Shown: positions 51,054 through 64,000 of the stretch, piece after piece | Position numbering within the stretch: the first letter of the stretch is position 1 | How the letters are laid out: the number at the start of each line of letters is the position of its first letter | Origin: Paraspadella gotoi | Lineage: Eukaryota > Animalia > Chaetognatha | DNA: 64,000 bases | NCBI GenBank assembly: GCA_051294375.1 | Contig: CM119266.1 | Location: 22,916,638-22,980,637, forward strand | Direction of reading: 5' to 3' | Program-made: the position numbers and the translations under genes | Notes under the pieces: generated by a model | The model's input: the letters and a program-made list of their open reading frames with translations, nothing else | The model's database searches: none | What the model was told of the DNA's origin: nothing

Positions 51054-51620
51054 AAGACTCAGTGATTTATGGAGACGCATTTACGATCGGTGCGGGTTTA
51101 CCGCGATTCGGGTTTTACGAGTTATAAAACGACCAGAAATTAATCAGAATCAATTATTTATAATTGTTTTGAGGACGACTCGCCGTTCTGGAATCAATTG
51201 ATTTAATAAACGTGTCTTAATTAAAATTACACCGTGATTTTTTTATTACTTACCTTTAGCTTTAAGAGTCGTAATATTTTAGGGTGAAAAACGACGACGA
51301 CGATGATGACGATGACCCGCGATGACCCGCGATGACGAAATTAGTGGAACAAAACAGACAAAGTCAGTTTTTTATTCTTTTTTTTTTTTATTCTTTGAGG
51401 GGAAAATATTCTTTTTTTTATGGCCGTTTGTTATTGGACGTCTTACGTTGAAGAGCGGCGAAGGAAAGATTTATGGACCTGCCGACGACGAGGACGACGA
51501 CGAGAACGACGACGATGACGACGACGACGAGGAGAAGAGAGACGGCGCAGGAGGAGGAGGAGGAAGGCGACGACGAGGAGGAAGAGGAAGAGGAAGAGGA
51601 GGCAGACAACGAGCTTTTTC
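46475..51620 (+). repeat. Apparent tandem duplication of ~2.55 kb (46475-49024 and 49050-51620) around a 25-N gap
   Basis: Both units start TTTTTCTTTGGTGTTTTATTTTTGAGACTC and end near GAGGCAGACAA..CGAGC. They are separated by 25 N at 49025-49049. Confidence 0.93.
47728..47850 (+). repeat. Degenerate 7-bp (CCCATYT)n tandem tract
   Basis: CCCATCTTCCATCTCCCATTTCCCATCTCCCATTTCCC... Also present in the duplicate at ~50337-50450. Confidence 0.7.
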
Positions 51621-52543
51621 CAGCATCGGAGGAGAAATTCTTTTTCGTTGAGGGAAAAAGAGAAGGTGACTGGGGAGAAAGGAAAGGCGTGGGGGCATGG
51701 AAAAGGAGAATATATATTGGGAGAGAAGACATGGATGAGGAGAGGACATGGGAAAGATGGAAAGGACAAACGAAGGAATGAGAAGGACGTAGAATGAGAT
51801 ATTTATCGAAGCGAGGTGGATCGAGGAGCCAAGGAGGATATTCGATTCGAAGTAAATGAGAAGAATAGAATGGAAGGAAAGAATCGAAGAAATGACATGA
51901 AGAGGAAAAACCAAATGTGGATAAAACTTGAAAAAAAAAAGTCCTGGGGTCTCGTGAGGACAGTTTAAGTTTGGAAGAGGTCTGATAGAATACATCAATG
52001 TAAAATTCTATAAGATAAATTAAAGTAAAATAGAATTTTCATTCTGCTTTTAACATTTTAAATCCGATTTACCTTAGCAAAACAAATAATCTTGAAATTT
52101 TCATAAAGACCGATTTTCAACATTTTTTTATATATACTTCATTACGAAAAGGACCCAGAACAACGTGAAAGGATGTTTTTAATTTTAATTAAGCAATTAG
52201 TTGATATTTGATTAGTTATTTTCATTCGCTTTTCTTAGGCCACAACATCTTCCAACGCCGACGAGAAAACCTTCGTTCCATTTCTCTCTCCGTCTCTCTC
52301 AGTCGCTTGTATCTCCTTTCTCCCTCAGAGACGCGTTTTTTTTTCTTTTCACTCTCAGGCCACACCGCTGTAAATCTGTCTGTCTCAGAGACGTCTATCC
52401 TTCAGACTTACTCCTTCAACCGGAAAAACAAAAAAATAGAAAAAAGTGAGAGAAAAAAAAAAAGAAAGAAAATTGCGGTTCGTCGCTTGAGACCCGCGTT
52501 TCCCATCTTTTAGTAATACGGCCGAAAGCTTTCACGAAGAGAG

Positions 52544-52631
<88 letters not shown>

Positions 52632-53446
52632 AAAAAAAATGAGGAAAAAGGAAAAAAATCATAAGTCGGAAAATGGTTAATTTTCAAATTCCACTTATCT
52701 AAGGCCCAGCGAGAGAAAAGGGCGGGGAGGAGATTGGGGGAAAATGGAAAAAAGGAGGAGGAGGAGGAAGAGGAGGAGGAGGAGGAAGAAGAAGAGGAGA
52801 AACTGGGGAGACACGGGGTCTCTCAAAGGAAGATAAAGCTAATGTAAAGGAAGAAAGGGAAGACAAAGCCAGGATATGGAGGAGAAATTATGGTGAATCT
52901 TCTGTTTGAGGAAAGTTGACTCTTCTTTTTTTTTTCTTTCTTTTTTTTTTCGCCGAGAAGGAAAAAAGAAAAAGGAAAAAAGAAATAGGATGTACCGGGA
53001 GAGAAGGAGAAAAACCTTGAGTCTTCGCGAGCGACGTTTGAGGGAGGAAAGGAAGGAAAGGGGAGAAAGAGGAAAGGAAAAAAAAGAAAAGAAGACAAGA
53101 AAAAGAAAAAACTCTGAAACAAAGCGAAAGGAGGCTTAAAAGGTAAGTCAAGGTGTGCGCTCTGAGGAGAAGTTTTCGAAAAGGGTTCCGAGGATTTTTT
53201 GAGGGTGAGTCCAGGGTGAACGCCTGAATTCGGTGGGTGAGGACGACGCCGAGGCCGAAAGGTCGTTGGAAAACGGGTGAGTAAGCGCCTTCGGGTTTCA
53301 CCCCCGACCCGTTTCTACATAGTAGAGCCCCACCACTCGAACATACCCTCAAATTTCTGTCTGGATGCTGAGAGAGAGAGAGAGAGAGAGAGATAGATAG
53401 CAGGAGAGGAGAGAGAGAGAGAGAGAGAAGAGAGCGAGAGAGAGAG

Positions 53447-53500
<54 letters not shown>

Positions 53501-54237
53501 CGTGGGCCGTGAGATAATCAGATGATCCCTCTGTACAAAACCGAAACTTGATAAAGTGTAGGAATGTCGGACGGGAGTGAATATCTCTTTTCAAAGGATG
53601 TTAACTGTCGGCGAGACTCGGTCTTATCGCTTTTTGGTTGATTTAGTCCAGACGGTTGAGATTAAAGGATGCGAGTTTAGAATTGAGCTTCCTATGTAAC
53701 TTTCTTTTGGGGGGAGGGGGAACTGGTGAAAACAAGTTAGGAATCTTATTCCGAAAATTTTCATTCGATCTTCTGACATGCGATTTCAATATATCCGTAT
53801 CCAAAATTTTGTTCGTCGGCTTCGTAACTAAATTAAGTTTTCAAAATTTTAAAAGCTTTTCTGACTTATTTTCGACCACGCTTTTAAGTTCTTAACTTTT
53901 AAAGTGTATAAAACTTTTTTTTAAATAAACTTATTTTCGAACATACTTCGGCTTCGCAAATTTTAAGAGGAGAATAAAGCGAAGTTAAAAAGAAGTTAAA
54001 TTTCGTTTCACAGCTCGACGCCACCTTAGCTCGCCCAGTTTTTTTTTTCGCCCGGTTTACAACAAAATTTACCTCTTAAACCTCACCTTTTTTCTTCACC
54101 CTGTCGCGAGGTAAGACGCTAAGCTTTACTCTCGCCCCTTCGCCCTTTCCTTCTACTTAAAAAGTCCTTCATCTTTTTACCCCGAGACCTTTCGACTTTT
54201 TTCTTTTTTCTCTGTTTTTATCTTTCTCAGAAACCCT

Positions 54238-54239
54238 TT

Positions 54240-54331
<92 letters not shown>

Positions 54332-54332
54332 T
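54238..54332 (+). repeat. (CTTT)n tetranucleotide microsatellite
   Basis: Long pure CTTT run. A garbled inverted counterpart lies at ~58700-58840. Confidence 0.95.
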
Positions 54333-54780
54333 CCTTCTTTTCCTTTTGAGTCGCAGTATTTTATTCCTCTAGTTTCCTGCCTCCTTTCCTCCTTTTTCTC
54401 CTCTCGGTCGCTTCTGTTTACACCTTCTTCCATTCAGTCTCTGAATTCTTTCCTTTTTTCGTTTTCTATTCGCCGTCTCTTTCTCTCTCTCTCTCTCTCT
54501 TCTCTCTTTCTCTCTCTCCTTCTCTCTGTCTCATCTCTCTCAGCTCATCCTTCTCATTCTTCTCTCTCCTCCTCTCTCTCTCTTTATTTGCTTTTTTCTC
54601 CTCTCAATTTTTCCGACAGTCTCGTTAGCTCCCACGACTCTTTCCTCGTGTCAAAGAAGACACTTTTTCATTTTATTTCCTATTTAAAATTTATATTATA
54701 ATTGTTATAGTTTGTCTCCTTCCAGTTTTCTTCACTTTTTTCCTACTTTCCATTCTCTTTCCTCTTTCCTTTCCTTCTTT

Positions 54781-54864
54781 TCTTTCCTCCCTATTCTCTT
54801 TCCTTTCATTCCTCTCCTCTTTTCTTTCCTCCCTATTCTCTTTCCTTTCATTCCTCTTCTCTTT
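54781..54864 (+). repeat. 2 x 42-bp polypyrimidine tandem repeat
   Basis: TCTTTCCTCCCTATTCTCTTTCCTTTCATTCCTCT(C/T)CTCTTT at 54781 and 54823. Confidence 0.85.
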
Positions 54865-55727
54865 TCTCTTTCCTTTCCTCCCTCTCTTCTTCCGTCTCCA
54901 TATGTCCCGTTCAACCGAAATTTTTTTCCGGTGTTTCTTTCCTTTTTAATCTATTTTCTCTCCAGTCGAGGTTTCCTTCTTTTTTTTCTTTCTTTCCATT
55001 TTCCTCATATCCAAATCTCCTTTTGTTCCTCCATTTCTAGTTTTTCTTTTTTCGTTTTTTTCTTCTCCTAATCAACTTTTTTTTGTGCTCCGTCTCGCCC
55101 TCTGGATCGCTTTGTCGAAAAAATTTGGCGAGACGTTACCCCGGTACATTTCGTTTGTAATTCGTATCGTCATCGGTGTTTTATGCAGATTCTTAATCGC
55201 TTCCGCTTTTTTTCAATTTTGTTTTTAGAATAAATTAAAAATAACTGCATTATAAACTTTTATTTTTTTAGATTATATAGCCTCGTAACCTGTCCTTTTT
55301 CGCATGATTTCCAGTATCTTTTCTCAATTCGGTTAGAGTTTCTTTCCTTTCCTCCACCTGTCGCTTCGACTTCTTTCCATTTTCATCAGGTCTACTTTTT
55401 CCTCACCGACTTCCAAGTCTATCCCTCCCCCTTCCCCCTTCTCTTCATCTCACTCACTCCCTCTCTTCCTATATAACCAATCTTTTTCTTCTCCCCACCA
55501 GATTCCTCCCTTCACTTAACCTCTTTTCCTCTTCGAATCACCTCTTTCCCTTCTTTTTTCTCAACTCACCTCTCCCTCTCTTGCCCCCCCCACCCCATAT
55601 TCTCCCCCCTTCTTCCTCCCCCCTTCGGAGAAACAAGAGCCTCGTCTTCGGCGGGTAACTCCCCCGGCGCCGCGAAGATGCGGGGCTCGTCTATGCAAAT
55701 GCCGAGGAAAATTGAAACGTCTTCAAA

Positions 55728-56060
55728 CCGAGAACGAGGAAGACGATCATGACGACGATGACGACGACGAAGAGGAAGATGATGACCATGACGACGATGA
55801 CAAAGACGTTGAAGATGACGGCGATGACGAAGACAAGGACGAGTAAGGGTGATGACGAATAAGAGAGATGAAAAAGGCTGACAGTCACGTTCATATGAAG
55901 ATGATGATGACGATGACAGGGACAAAGAAGGTGATGAAGATGAAGAAAAACCAAAGAGTCTGACAGTCACGTTCATGAGAAGATAATGACTTGAAGACGA
56001 TGACAAGGACAAAGATGAGGACGATGAAGGCTCTGATGATGAAGGAAATGAAAATGATGA
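55728..56060 (+). repeat. Degenerate (GAY/GAR)n trinucleotide low-complexity tract with an internal direct repeat CTGACAGTCACGTTCAT
   Basis: GAC/GAT/GAA-rich run interrupted by stops. The 17-mer occurs at ~55878 and ~55960. An inverted copy lies at ~56900-57250. Confidence 0.75.
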
Positions 56061-56237
56061 GAAAATCGATAAATCTACATATCAAGTTATATTCATTAAA
56101 AAATTACGATTTAAATCATTTCTAGAAGCGAAATGAGGGCCGTTCATCGGTTGTCTAATCGAGCAATAATTTGTTTCTAAAAGCGAACCGCAGTTAAATC
56201 CATTACTGAACTGAATTCTGCAGAATTCTTAGAGTCT

Positions 56238-56360
<123 letters not shown>

Positions 56361-58523
56361 AACCCGACTTACCCTTTTGACATCCATTTTCATTTCACCC
56401 TCCCCTGACCTCATCTCTCGACGTCTTTTCGTTCGCGGATTCGTCATCAAAATATTTCCCGGTGCCACCTTCCGATCCTCCTCACCCGACTTACCCGTTT
56501 CCCTTCCAACCAGCGCTTGCCTCACCTTTTAAACTACCCTTTACACATCCCTCCAGTACGAATAGAAAACTACTCTTTCTCCGAAATATGATTCCCTTCA
56601 ATCAGAAGGAGAAAGGAAAAAGAAAGAGAGGGTGGGAAAGAGAGAGAGAGAGAGAGTAGAGAGAGGAGAGAGAGAGAGAGAGAAGACGGAGAGGCGAGAG
56701 GAGAAGAGAGAGAGAGAGAGATGAAGACCTAAGAATTCTGCAGAATTCAGTTTCAGTAATGGATTTAACTGCGGTTCGCTTTTAGAAACAAATTATTGCT
56801 CGATTAGACAACCGATGAACGGCCCTCATTTCGCTTCTAGAAATTGATTTTAAATCGTAATTTTTTTATTAATGATATAACTTGATATCTAGATTATCGA
56901 TTTTCTCATCATTTCATTTCCTTCATCATCAAGGCCTTCATCGTCCTTACATCTTTGTCCTTGTCATCGTCTTCAAGTCATTATCTTCTCATGAACGTGA
57001 CTGTCAGACTCTTGGTTTTTCTTCATCTTCATCACCTTCTTTGTCCCTTCATCGTCATCATCATCTTCATATGAACGTGACTGTCAGCCTTTTTCATCCT
57101 TCTTATTCGTCATCACCCTTACTCGTCCTTGTCTTCGTTCATCGCCGTCAATCTTCAACGTCTTTGTCATCGTCGTCATGGTCATCATCTTCCTCTTCGT
57201 CGTCGTCATCGTCTCGTCATGATCGTCTTCCTCGTTCTCGGTTTGAAGACGTTTCAATTTCCTCGGCATTTGCATAGACGAGCCCCGCATCTTCGCGGCG
57301 CCGGGGGAGTTACCCGCCGAAGACGAGGCTTCTTGTTTCTCGAAGGGGGGGAGGAAGAAGGGGGGAGAATATGGGGTGGGGGGGGCAAGAGAGGGAGAGG
57401 TGAGTATGGAAAAAAAGAAGGGAAGAGGTGATTCGAAAGAGGAAAAGAGGTTTAAGTGAAGAGAGGAATCTAGGTCTGGTGGGGAGGAAGAGAAAAAGAT
57501 TGGTTATATAGGAAGATAGTAGGCGTGGGGAGTGAGAGTGAGATGAAGAGAAGGGGAAGGGGGAGGGATAGACTTGGAAGTCGGTGAGGAAAAAGTAGAC
57601 CATGATAGAATGAAAGAGAAGTCGAAAGCGACAGGTGGAGGAAAGGAAAGAAACTCTAACCGAATTGAGAAAAGATACTGGAAATCATGCGAAAAAGGAC
57701 AGGTACGAGGCTATATAATCTAAAAAAATTAAAAGTTTATAAATGCAGTTATTTTAATTTATTCTAAAAACAAAATTGAAAAAAAAGCGGAAGCGATTAA
57801 GAATCTGCATAAAAACACCGATGGACGATACGAATTACAAACGAAATGTACCGACGGGTAACGTCTCGCCAAAATTTTTTCGACAAAGCGATTCCAGAGG
57901 GCGAGACGGAGCACAAAAAAAAGTTGATTAGGGAGAAGAAAAAACGAAAAAAGAAAAACTAGAAATGGAGGAACAAAAGGAGATTTGGATATGAGGAAAA
58001 TGGAAAGAAAGAAAAAAAAGAAGGAAACCTCGAACTGGAGAAGAAAAATAGATTAAAAAGGAAAGAAACACCGGAAAAAAATTTCGGTTGAACGGGACAT
58101 ATGGAGACGGAAGAAGAGAGGGAAGGAAAGGAAAGAGAAAAGAGAAGAGGAATAAGGGAAAAGAGAATAGGGAGGAAAGAAAAAGAGGAGAGGAATGAAA
58201 GGAAAGAGAATAGGGAGGAAAGAAAAGAAGGAAAGGAAAGAGGGAAAGAGAATGGAAAGTAGGAAAAAAGTGAAGAAAACTGGAAGGAGACAAACTATAA
58301 CAATTATAATATAAATTTTAAATAGGAAAATAAAATGAAAAAGTGTCTTCTTTGACACGACGGAAAGAGTCGCGTGGGAGCAACGAGACTGTCCGGAAAA
58401 ATTGAGAGAGGAGAAAAAAGCAAATAAAGAGAGAGAGAGCGAGGAGAGAGGAGAGAGAGAAGGAGGAAGCTGAGAGAGAGAGACGAGAGAGAAAGAGAGA
58501 GAGAGAAAGAGAGAGAGAGAGAG

Positions 58524-58560
<37 letters not shown>

Positions 58561-60559
58561 CGGCGAATAGGAAAACGAAAAAAAGGAAAGAATTCAGAGA
58601 CTGAATGGAAGAAGGTGTTAAACAGAAGCGACCGAGAGGGAGAAAAAGGAGGAAAGGAGGCAGGAAACTAGAGGAATAAAATACTGCGACTCAAAAGGGA
58701 AAAGAAGGAAAGAAAGAAAGAAAGAGAAAGAAAATGGATGAATCTATATAAGAAAAGAATAAAAGAAAGAAAGACGAAAGAGAGAAAAAAAGAAAAAGAC
58801 AAGAATAGATAAAGATCAAGTAAAGAAAGAAGAATAGAAAGGTTTCTGAGTAAAAGATTAAAAAACAGAGAAAAAAGAAAAACAGTCGATAAGAGTCTCG
58901 TTTCGTCGGTAAAAAGATGAAGGACTTTTTAAGTAGAAGGATAAGGGCGAAGGGGCGAGAGGGTAGCCTAGCCGTCTTACCTCGCCGACAGGCGTGAAAA
59001 AAAAGGTGAGGTTAAGAGGTAAAATTTTTGTTGGTAAACCGGGGCGAAAAAAAAACACTCGGGCGGAGCTAAGGTGGGCGTCGAGCTGTGATGAAACGAA
59101 ATTTAACTTCTTTTTAACTCGCTTGTATATTCTCCTCTAAACAATTTGCGAAGGCCGAAGGTTATGATTCGAAAAATAAGGTTTATTAAGAAAAAGTTTT
59201 ATACACTTTAAAAGTTAACGGAGACTTTCAAAAGCGTTGTTCGAAAACTAAGTCAGAAAAGCTTTTAAAATTTTAAAACTTAATTTAGTTACGAACGCAC
59301 GAGAACAAATTTTGGATACGATATTATTGAAATCGCATGGTCAGAAGATCGAAATGAAAATTTTCGGAATTAAAGATTCCTAACTTGTTTTCACCCAGTT
59401 CCCCCTCCCCCCCAAAAAAGTTACATACGGAAGCTCAAATTCTAAACTCGCATCCCTTTAATCTCAACGCGTCTTGGACTAAAAATCAACCAAAAAGCGA
59501 ATAGACCGTGTCTCGCGGACCAGTTAACATCCTTTGAAAAGAGAATACCTATTCACTCTCGTTCCGACATTCCTACACTTTATTCAAGTTTCGTTTTGTA
59601 CAGAGGGATCATTTGCTGTTATCTCACGGCCCCACGAATATTCTCTCTCTCTCTCCTCTCTCTCTCTCTCCTCTCTCTCTCTCTCCTACTCTTCCTGCTC
59701 TCTCTCTCTCTCTCTCTCTCCTCTCCTCTCTCTTCTACTCTTATCTATCTCTCTCTCTCTCTCTCTCTCAGCAATCCAGACAGAAATTGAGGTATGTTCG
59801 AGTGTGGGCTCTACTATGTAGAAACGGTGATCGGGGGTGAAACCCGAAGGCGCTCTTACTCACCCGTTTTCCAACGACTTTCGGCCTCGGCGTCGTTCCT
59901 CACCCACGAATTTCAGGCGTTCACCTGGATCACCCTCAAAAAAATCCTCGGAACCCTTTTCGAAAACCTTCTCCTCAGAGCGCACACCCTTGACTTACCT
60001 TTAAGCCTCCTTTCGCTGTTTTCAGAGTTTTTTTCTTTTTGCTTCTTTTTTTTTCCTTTCCTCTTTCTCCCCTTCCTTCCCTTTCCTTCCCTCAACCGTC
60101 GCTCGCGAAGACTCAGGTTTTTTCTCCTTCTTCCCGGTAGTACATTCCCCTATTTCTTTTTCCTTTTTCTTTTATTTCCTTCTTCGGCGAAAAAAAAAGA
60201 AAGAAAAAAGAAAGAAGAGTCGAACTTCCTCAAACAGAAGATTTCACCATAATTTCTCCTCCATATCCTGGCTTTGTCTTCCCTTTTCTTACATTAGCTT
60301 TATCTTCCTTTGGAGAGACCCCGTTCTCCCCAGTTTCTCCCTTCTTCTTCTTCCTCCTCCTACCTCCTCTTCCTCCTCCTCCTCCTTTTTTCCATTTTCC
60401 CCCAATCTCCTCCCCGCCCGTTTTCTCTCGCTGGTGCCCTTAGCGATAAGTTGGAATTTGAAAATTAACCATTTTCGACTTTAATATTTTTTGTTCCTCT
60501 TTTCCTTCATTTTTTTTCTCTTCTTCTCTCTCTCTCTCTACCTCTCTCTCTCTCTCTCG

Positions 60560-60600
<41 letters not shown>

Positions 60601-63600
60601 CTCTCTTCGTGGAAAGTTTCGGCCGTATTACTAAAAGATGGGAAACGGGTCTCAAGCCGACGAACCGCAATTTTCTTTCTTTTTTTTTCCTCTCACTTTT
60701 TTATTTTTGTTTTTCGGATTGAAGGAGTAAGTCTGAAGATAGACGTCTCTGGACAGGACCAGAATTTACACCAAGCCGGCTGGCGGCCTGAGAGTGAAAA
60801 AAGAAAAAAAAAAACGGTCTCTGAGGGAGGAAAGGAGGATAACAAGCGACTAGAGAGAGACCGGAGAGAGAAATGCGACGAAGGTTTTCGGTCTCGCGGC
60901 GTTGCAATGTTGGGCCAGACAAAGCGAAGAAAATATCAAATATTATATTTCGTTGTGGCTTCGTAAGAGATAATTTGACGTCTGTTCAAGAATTGGCTAT
61001 AAAGGTCATAAAAGCGAATGAATTCTATTTTAATTACTATAGATTACATTGATGATTCTTCAGAAAAAAACCTTTCCAAACTACTGCCTCACGAGACTTT
61101 CAGTTTTCCACATTGTTCTCTTAAGCATTCTGGATTTCTTCATTATTTTTCATCTACGAATGAAACCTCTACCACCTCGCTCATTTCCAATCTACGTCTC
61201 TCTTTTGTTCGTGTCGCTCCATCCTTCCTGCTCCTATATTGCTCCTCATATATCCTTTCATCCCCACCTTCTTCCAGCACCTTTTCTCTAAATTTTGGAA
61301 TCGAGCTAAATAGATTATTTTGCTTCTACCTCCGTTAAATGTACCTAGGAACAGATCGAATGTCTGCTACTTCTTCTTAACTTATCCTCTAGATCATCCT
61401 CGATCGTCCTATTCAGACTCCTTCTCAACTGCAACGCCCGCCGCTCAGGCTTTTTCAGTTTTCACATGGTTCCCGCTCTGTCACTTCGGCGTCATCCTTT
61501 AACTGTCCGTCTTTCTCTCATCCACTTGTCATCGACCACTTCTTGCTCGTCGATCACCGCCCTCGATAATATCTTCGATCAGCCTCTAGTTCTCGGTCCT
61601 CATCTGTTCCTGTCCTTCTGCACCATGCTTCTTCCCTCAAGATCTTTCCAATCCCGCCCACACAACGCCTCCTTTCGATCAGTCAACTTCACAAAATATT
61701 TTCCCCCAGAGAAAGAATCTCCTCATGCTGGCGAAAAATGCCGTTCTTGTCTGCCCTACAACCTAGACCTACTTCCTCTAAACAACTCGCGCCTCTCCGT
61801 CCGTCTCCTGCCGTACTTCTTCCACCGTGATCATGTCGTCATCGTCGTCGATTCTCGTCGTCAGTCCGTCTCGTCAGGCAGTTCACCTCGCTCGTTCGAC
61901 TTCGTCCGCCTCAGCGTAAGCAGCCGTCAAAAAATACGGCATAAACAGAAGTATCCGCACCAAAGCCGAAATAAAAGAAACAAAGAGAATAAGAAAAACT
62001 ACTTAGGTCTGTGTTAATTTTTCAGCTAAGTACTTATTACTCATATCCGTGTCACCTCGTCGAGTACATCCACGGCGTCAGTTTTTCACCACATAACTCT
62101 GAAGTAAAAATTAATTTACATTTAATCGTTATCATTTGATTCCAACCATTGCTCCAACATATAAAACATTGATCCTGATGATCTGGTCTTTATAACCACA
62201 CTCGATAAAACCCGAAATCGCGGTAAACCCGCCACCGATCGAAATGCCGTCTCCATAAATCACTGATTTCTTCCTTCTTCTCTTCTCTCTCTCCTCTCTC
62301 TCTACTCTCTCTCTCTCTCTCTCTCCTCTCCTTCTCTCTCTCGTCTCACTCTCTCTCTGCTCATGGTACTCATACTAAGGTACGATACTAATCAACATTA
62401 CTTCGCATCCTGTTTCGTTTCCCGTGCATCTTATCATTTATTAATCCGGCCAGTTCCGTGTTCGGCAAAAAGGATCCTTTTGAGTTACTTTTCGTGATTC
62501 GACGCTTGAAAAAAATATATATTTATTCATTGTATCCGGTCAGTGTTTTCGAAAGAAATGTATTTTTAATTACATCCCGCATGTGGACACGCGTCAGGGG
62601 TCGCGTGTGAACTTATGGCGACGATTGATCGTTCGGAGGCGAATCCGGCGCTGTGGAGGGCCAGCGCGCGGGAGTGCGGGGAACTCCTGACAGGCGAGGG
62701 TAGAGGGAAAAACGAGTAAGGTTAAGGGCATTTTCCTCGTTGGGAAAGCTTCCGATCGTTTCACAGAAATATACGCAGGACAATGACAAACGACGCAGCG
62801 GGGAAAGGTTACGCGGAAATCTTTCAAGTGTTTGGGTTTGACGAGACACGGGCAATGCATATTGCATACACGAGGTTATGGAAAGTGAGAATGGGAGAAT
62901 GGAGAAGATGAAGATGTGACATTAAATTGGGGATAGGAAGATGAGAGATGGAGAGGGACGGTGAGGAGGCAAATGGGAGATGGGAAATTGGGAGATGGAA
63001 GGATGGGCGTCCGACTGATGCGTCTCTCTTTTCCTCGAGAAGAGTCGTTAATTCTTCCGGCGACCGTCGAACCGAAGGGAGATAACGTCACGTATTGAGG
63101 GAGAGATGAAGTTGGTGAGTCGTGGAGCATATGTAGGGAACGGTGAGGTGCAATATGCGTGCTGTAATATAGGATAACAACGAAGACGAAAACAACTGAA
63201 AATTCCGACGATCGCCAACGAAAAAAGAACTGCACGAACGGTCGCGATTTCGTTTCACGCCGCTCACCGTTTGCACACGCGAAACATTTTCCGCGACCAC
63301 TAAAATCTCGTGCGCCGAGCTGAACGTCGTTTCCGCTCGTCGTCGTCCGTCGTCGTTCGTCGTCGTATTATATCCACTAGGTGTGCGTGTCTCGTATCTT
63401 CGTTGCCAGTGTTCCTGTCATGGTCCGCTGACTTTTTCGATCCGTCATCACGTGTGTCCTCATATGTACGGTCGCGATCGTTCGGTTCGTCTACATTAAC
63501 AATATAGTCACATAGTATTTACTCTTTATTGTTTGTCATCGTTGATTTCTAATTTAAACTTGCGACTTTGAATTATAACAAAACAATGCCCTTCCATTTT

Positions 63601-64000
63601 AAAGTACACACTGTTTTAGTGATCAACAAGTTATGACTCCTAGACAACTGTCAAGTTGATATTAAGACAAAAACGAGGAAAGATCGCTCTGTCCGCGATT
63701 TTCCCTCTCGGCGCCAGACATTAAGAATTCAAGAAGTGTAGAAGGCTGAACATGGAGAAGAGAGAGAGAGACCGGAGAAGGAGACGAGGACGAGAACGCA
63801 CTACCCACCGACTGAGACCGAGGATGAAGAACGAGCAGGAAGAATGAGAGGAGAGACACGAGAGGAGAATGAGAGCGAGAGTGAACGACGGGAAACGACA
63901 AATTGCGACCAAGTCGGGAGCAAGATTACTGCCAACCCTGTCAAATATCGCAATCTGACCCAGACCATTCAGAATCGGGGTGTTGTACGGGGACTATTTT

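Noticed and set aside
53526-53552. CCCTCTGTACAAAACCGAAACTTG as a miR-10-like sequence
   Set aside because: Too many mismatches including the seed, and no complementary star arm nearby. The inverted copy shows essentially the same non-miR-10 sequence.
60930-62100. Apparently unique sequence with a 183-aa ORF (61466-62017)
   Set aside because: Occupies the position of the reverse complement of ~51200-52200 in the fold-back and retains fragments of it. Best explained as low-quality read sequence.

Overview
This is eukaryotic, arthropod-like genomic DNA from a Hox cluster, very rich in (GA/TC)n and (GAC)n simple repeats. The only supportable protein-coding feature is exon 1 of a Hox4/Deformed (Dfd) gene on the minus strand (10180->9184), with an MSAFLMDS N-terminus, a DTKFPP box, a VIYPWMKKVHV hexapeptide and a phase-1 GT donor. 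Its homeobox exon is not visible in the window. The other listed ORFs are mostly translations of microsatellite or low-complexity DNA. Much of the window is redundant: the upstream region occurs in 2-3 indel-rich copies, several junctions are exact 25-N gaps, and the last ~14 kb is a fold-back. This pattern fits long-read gap-filling artefacts better than real duplication. Comparing the copies reveals a 942-bp TTAA-flanked non-autonomous DNA transposon present in one copy and absent from two. Other signals are a 32-bp dyad minisatellite with CpG decay and several candidate cis-regulatory clusters (Hox/Exd/Hth, paired CCAAT, YY1/PHO). I found no evidence for a new multi-gene system. All alignments and motif searches were done by eye.
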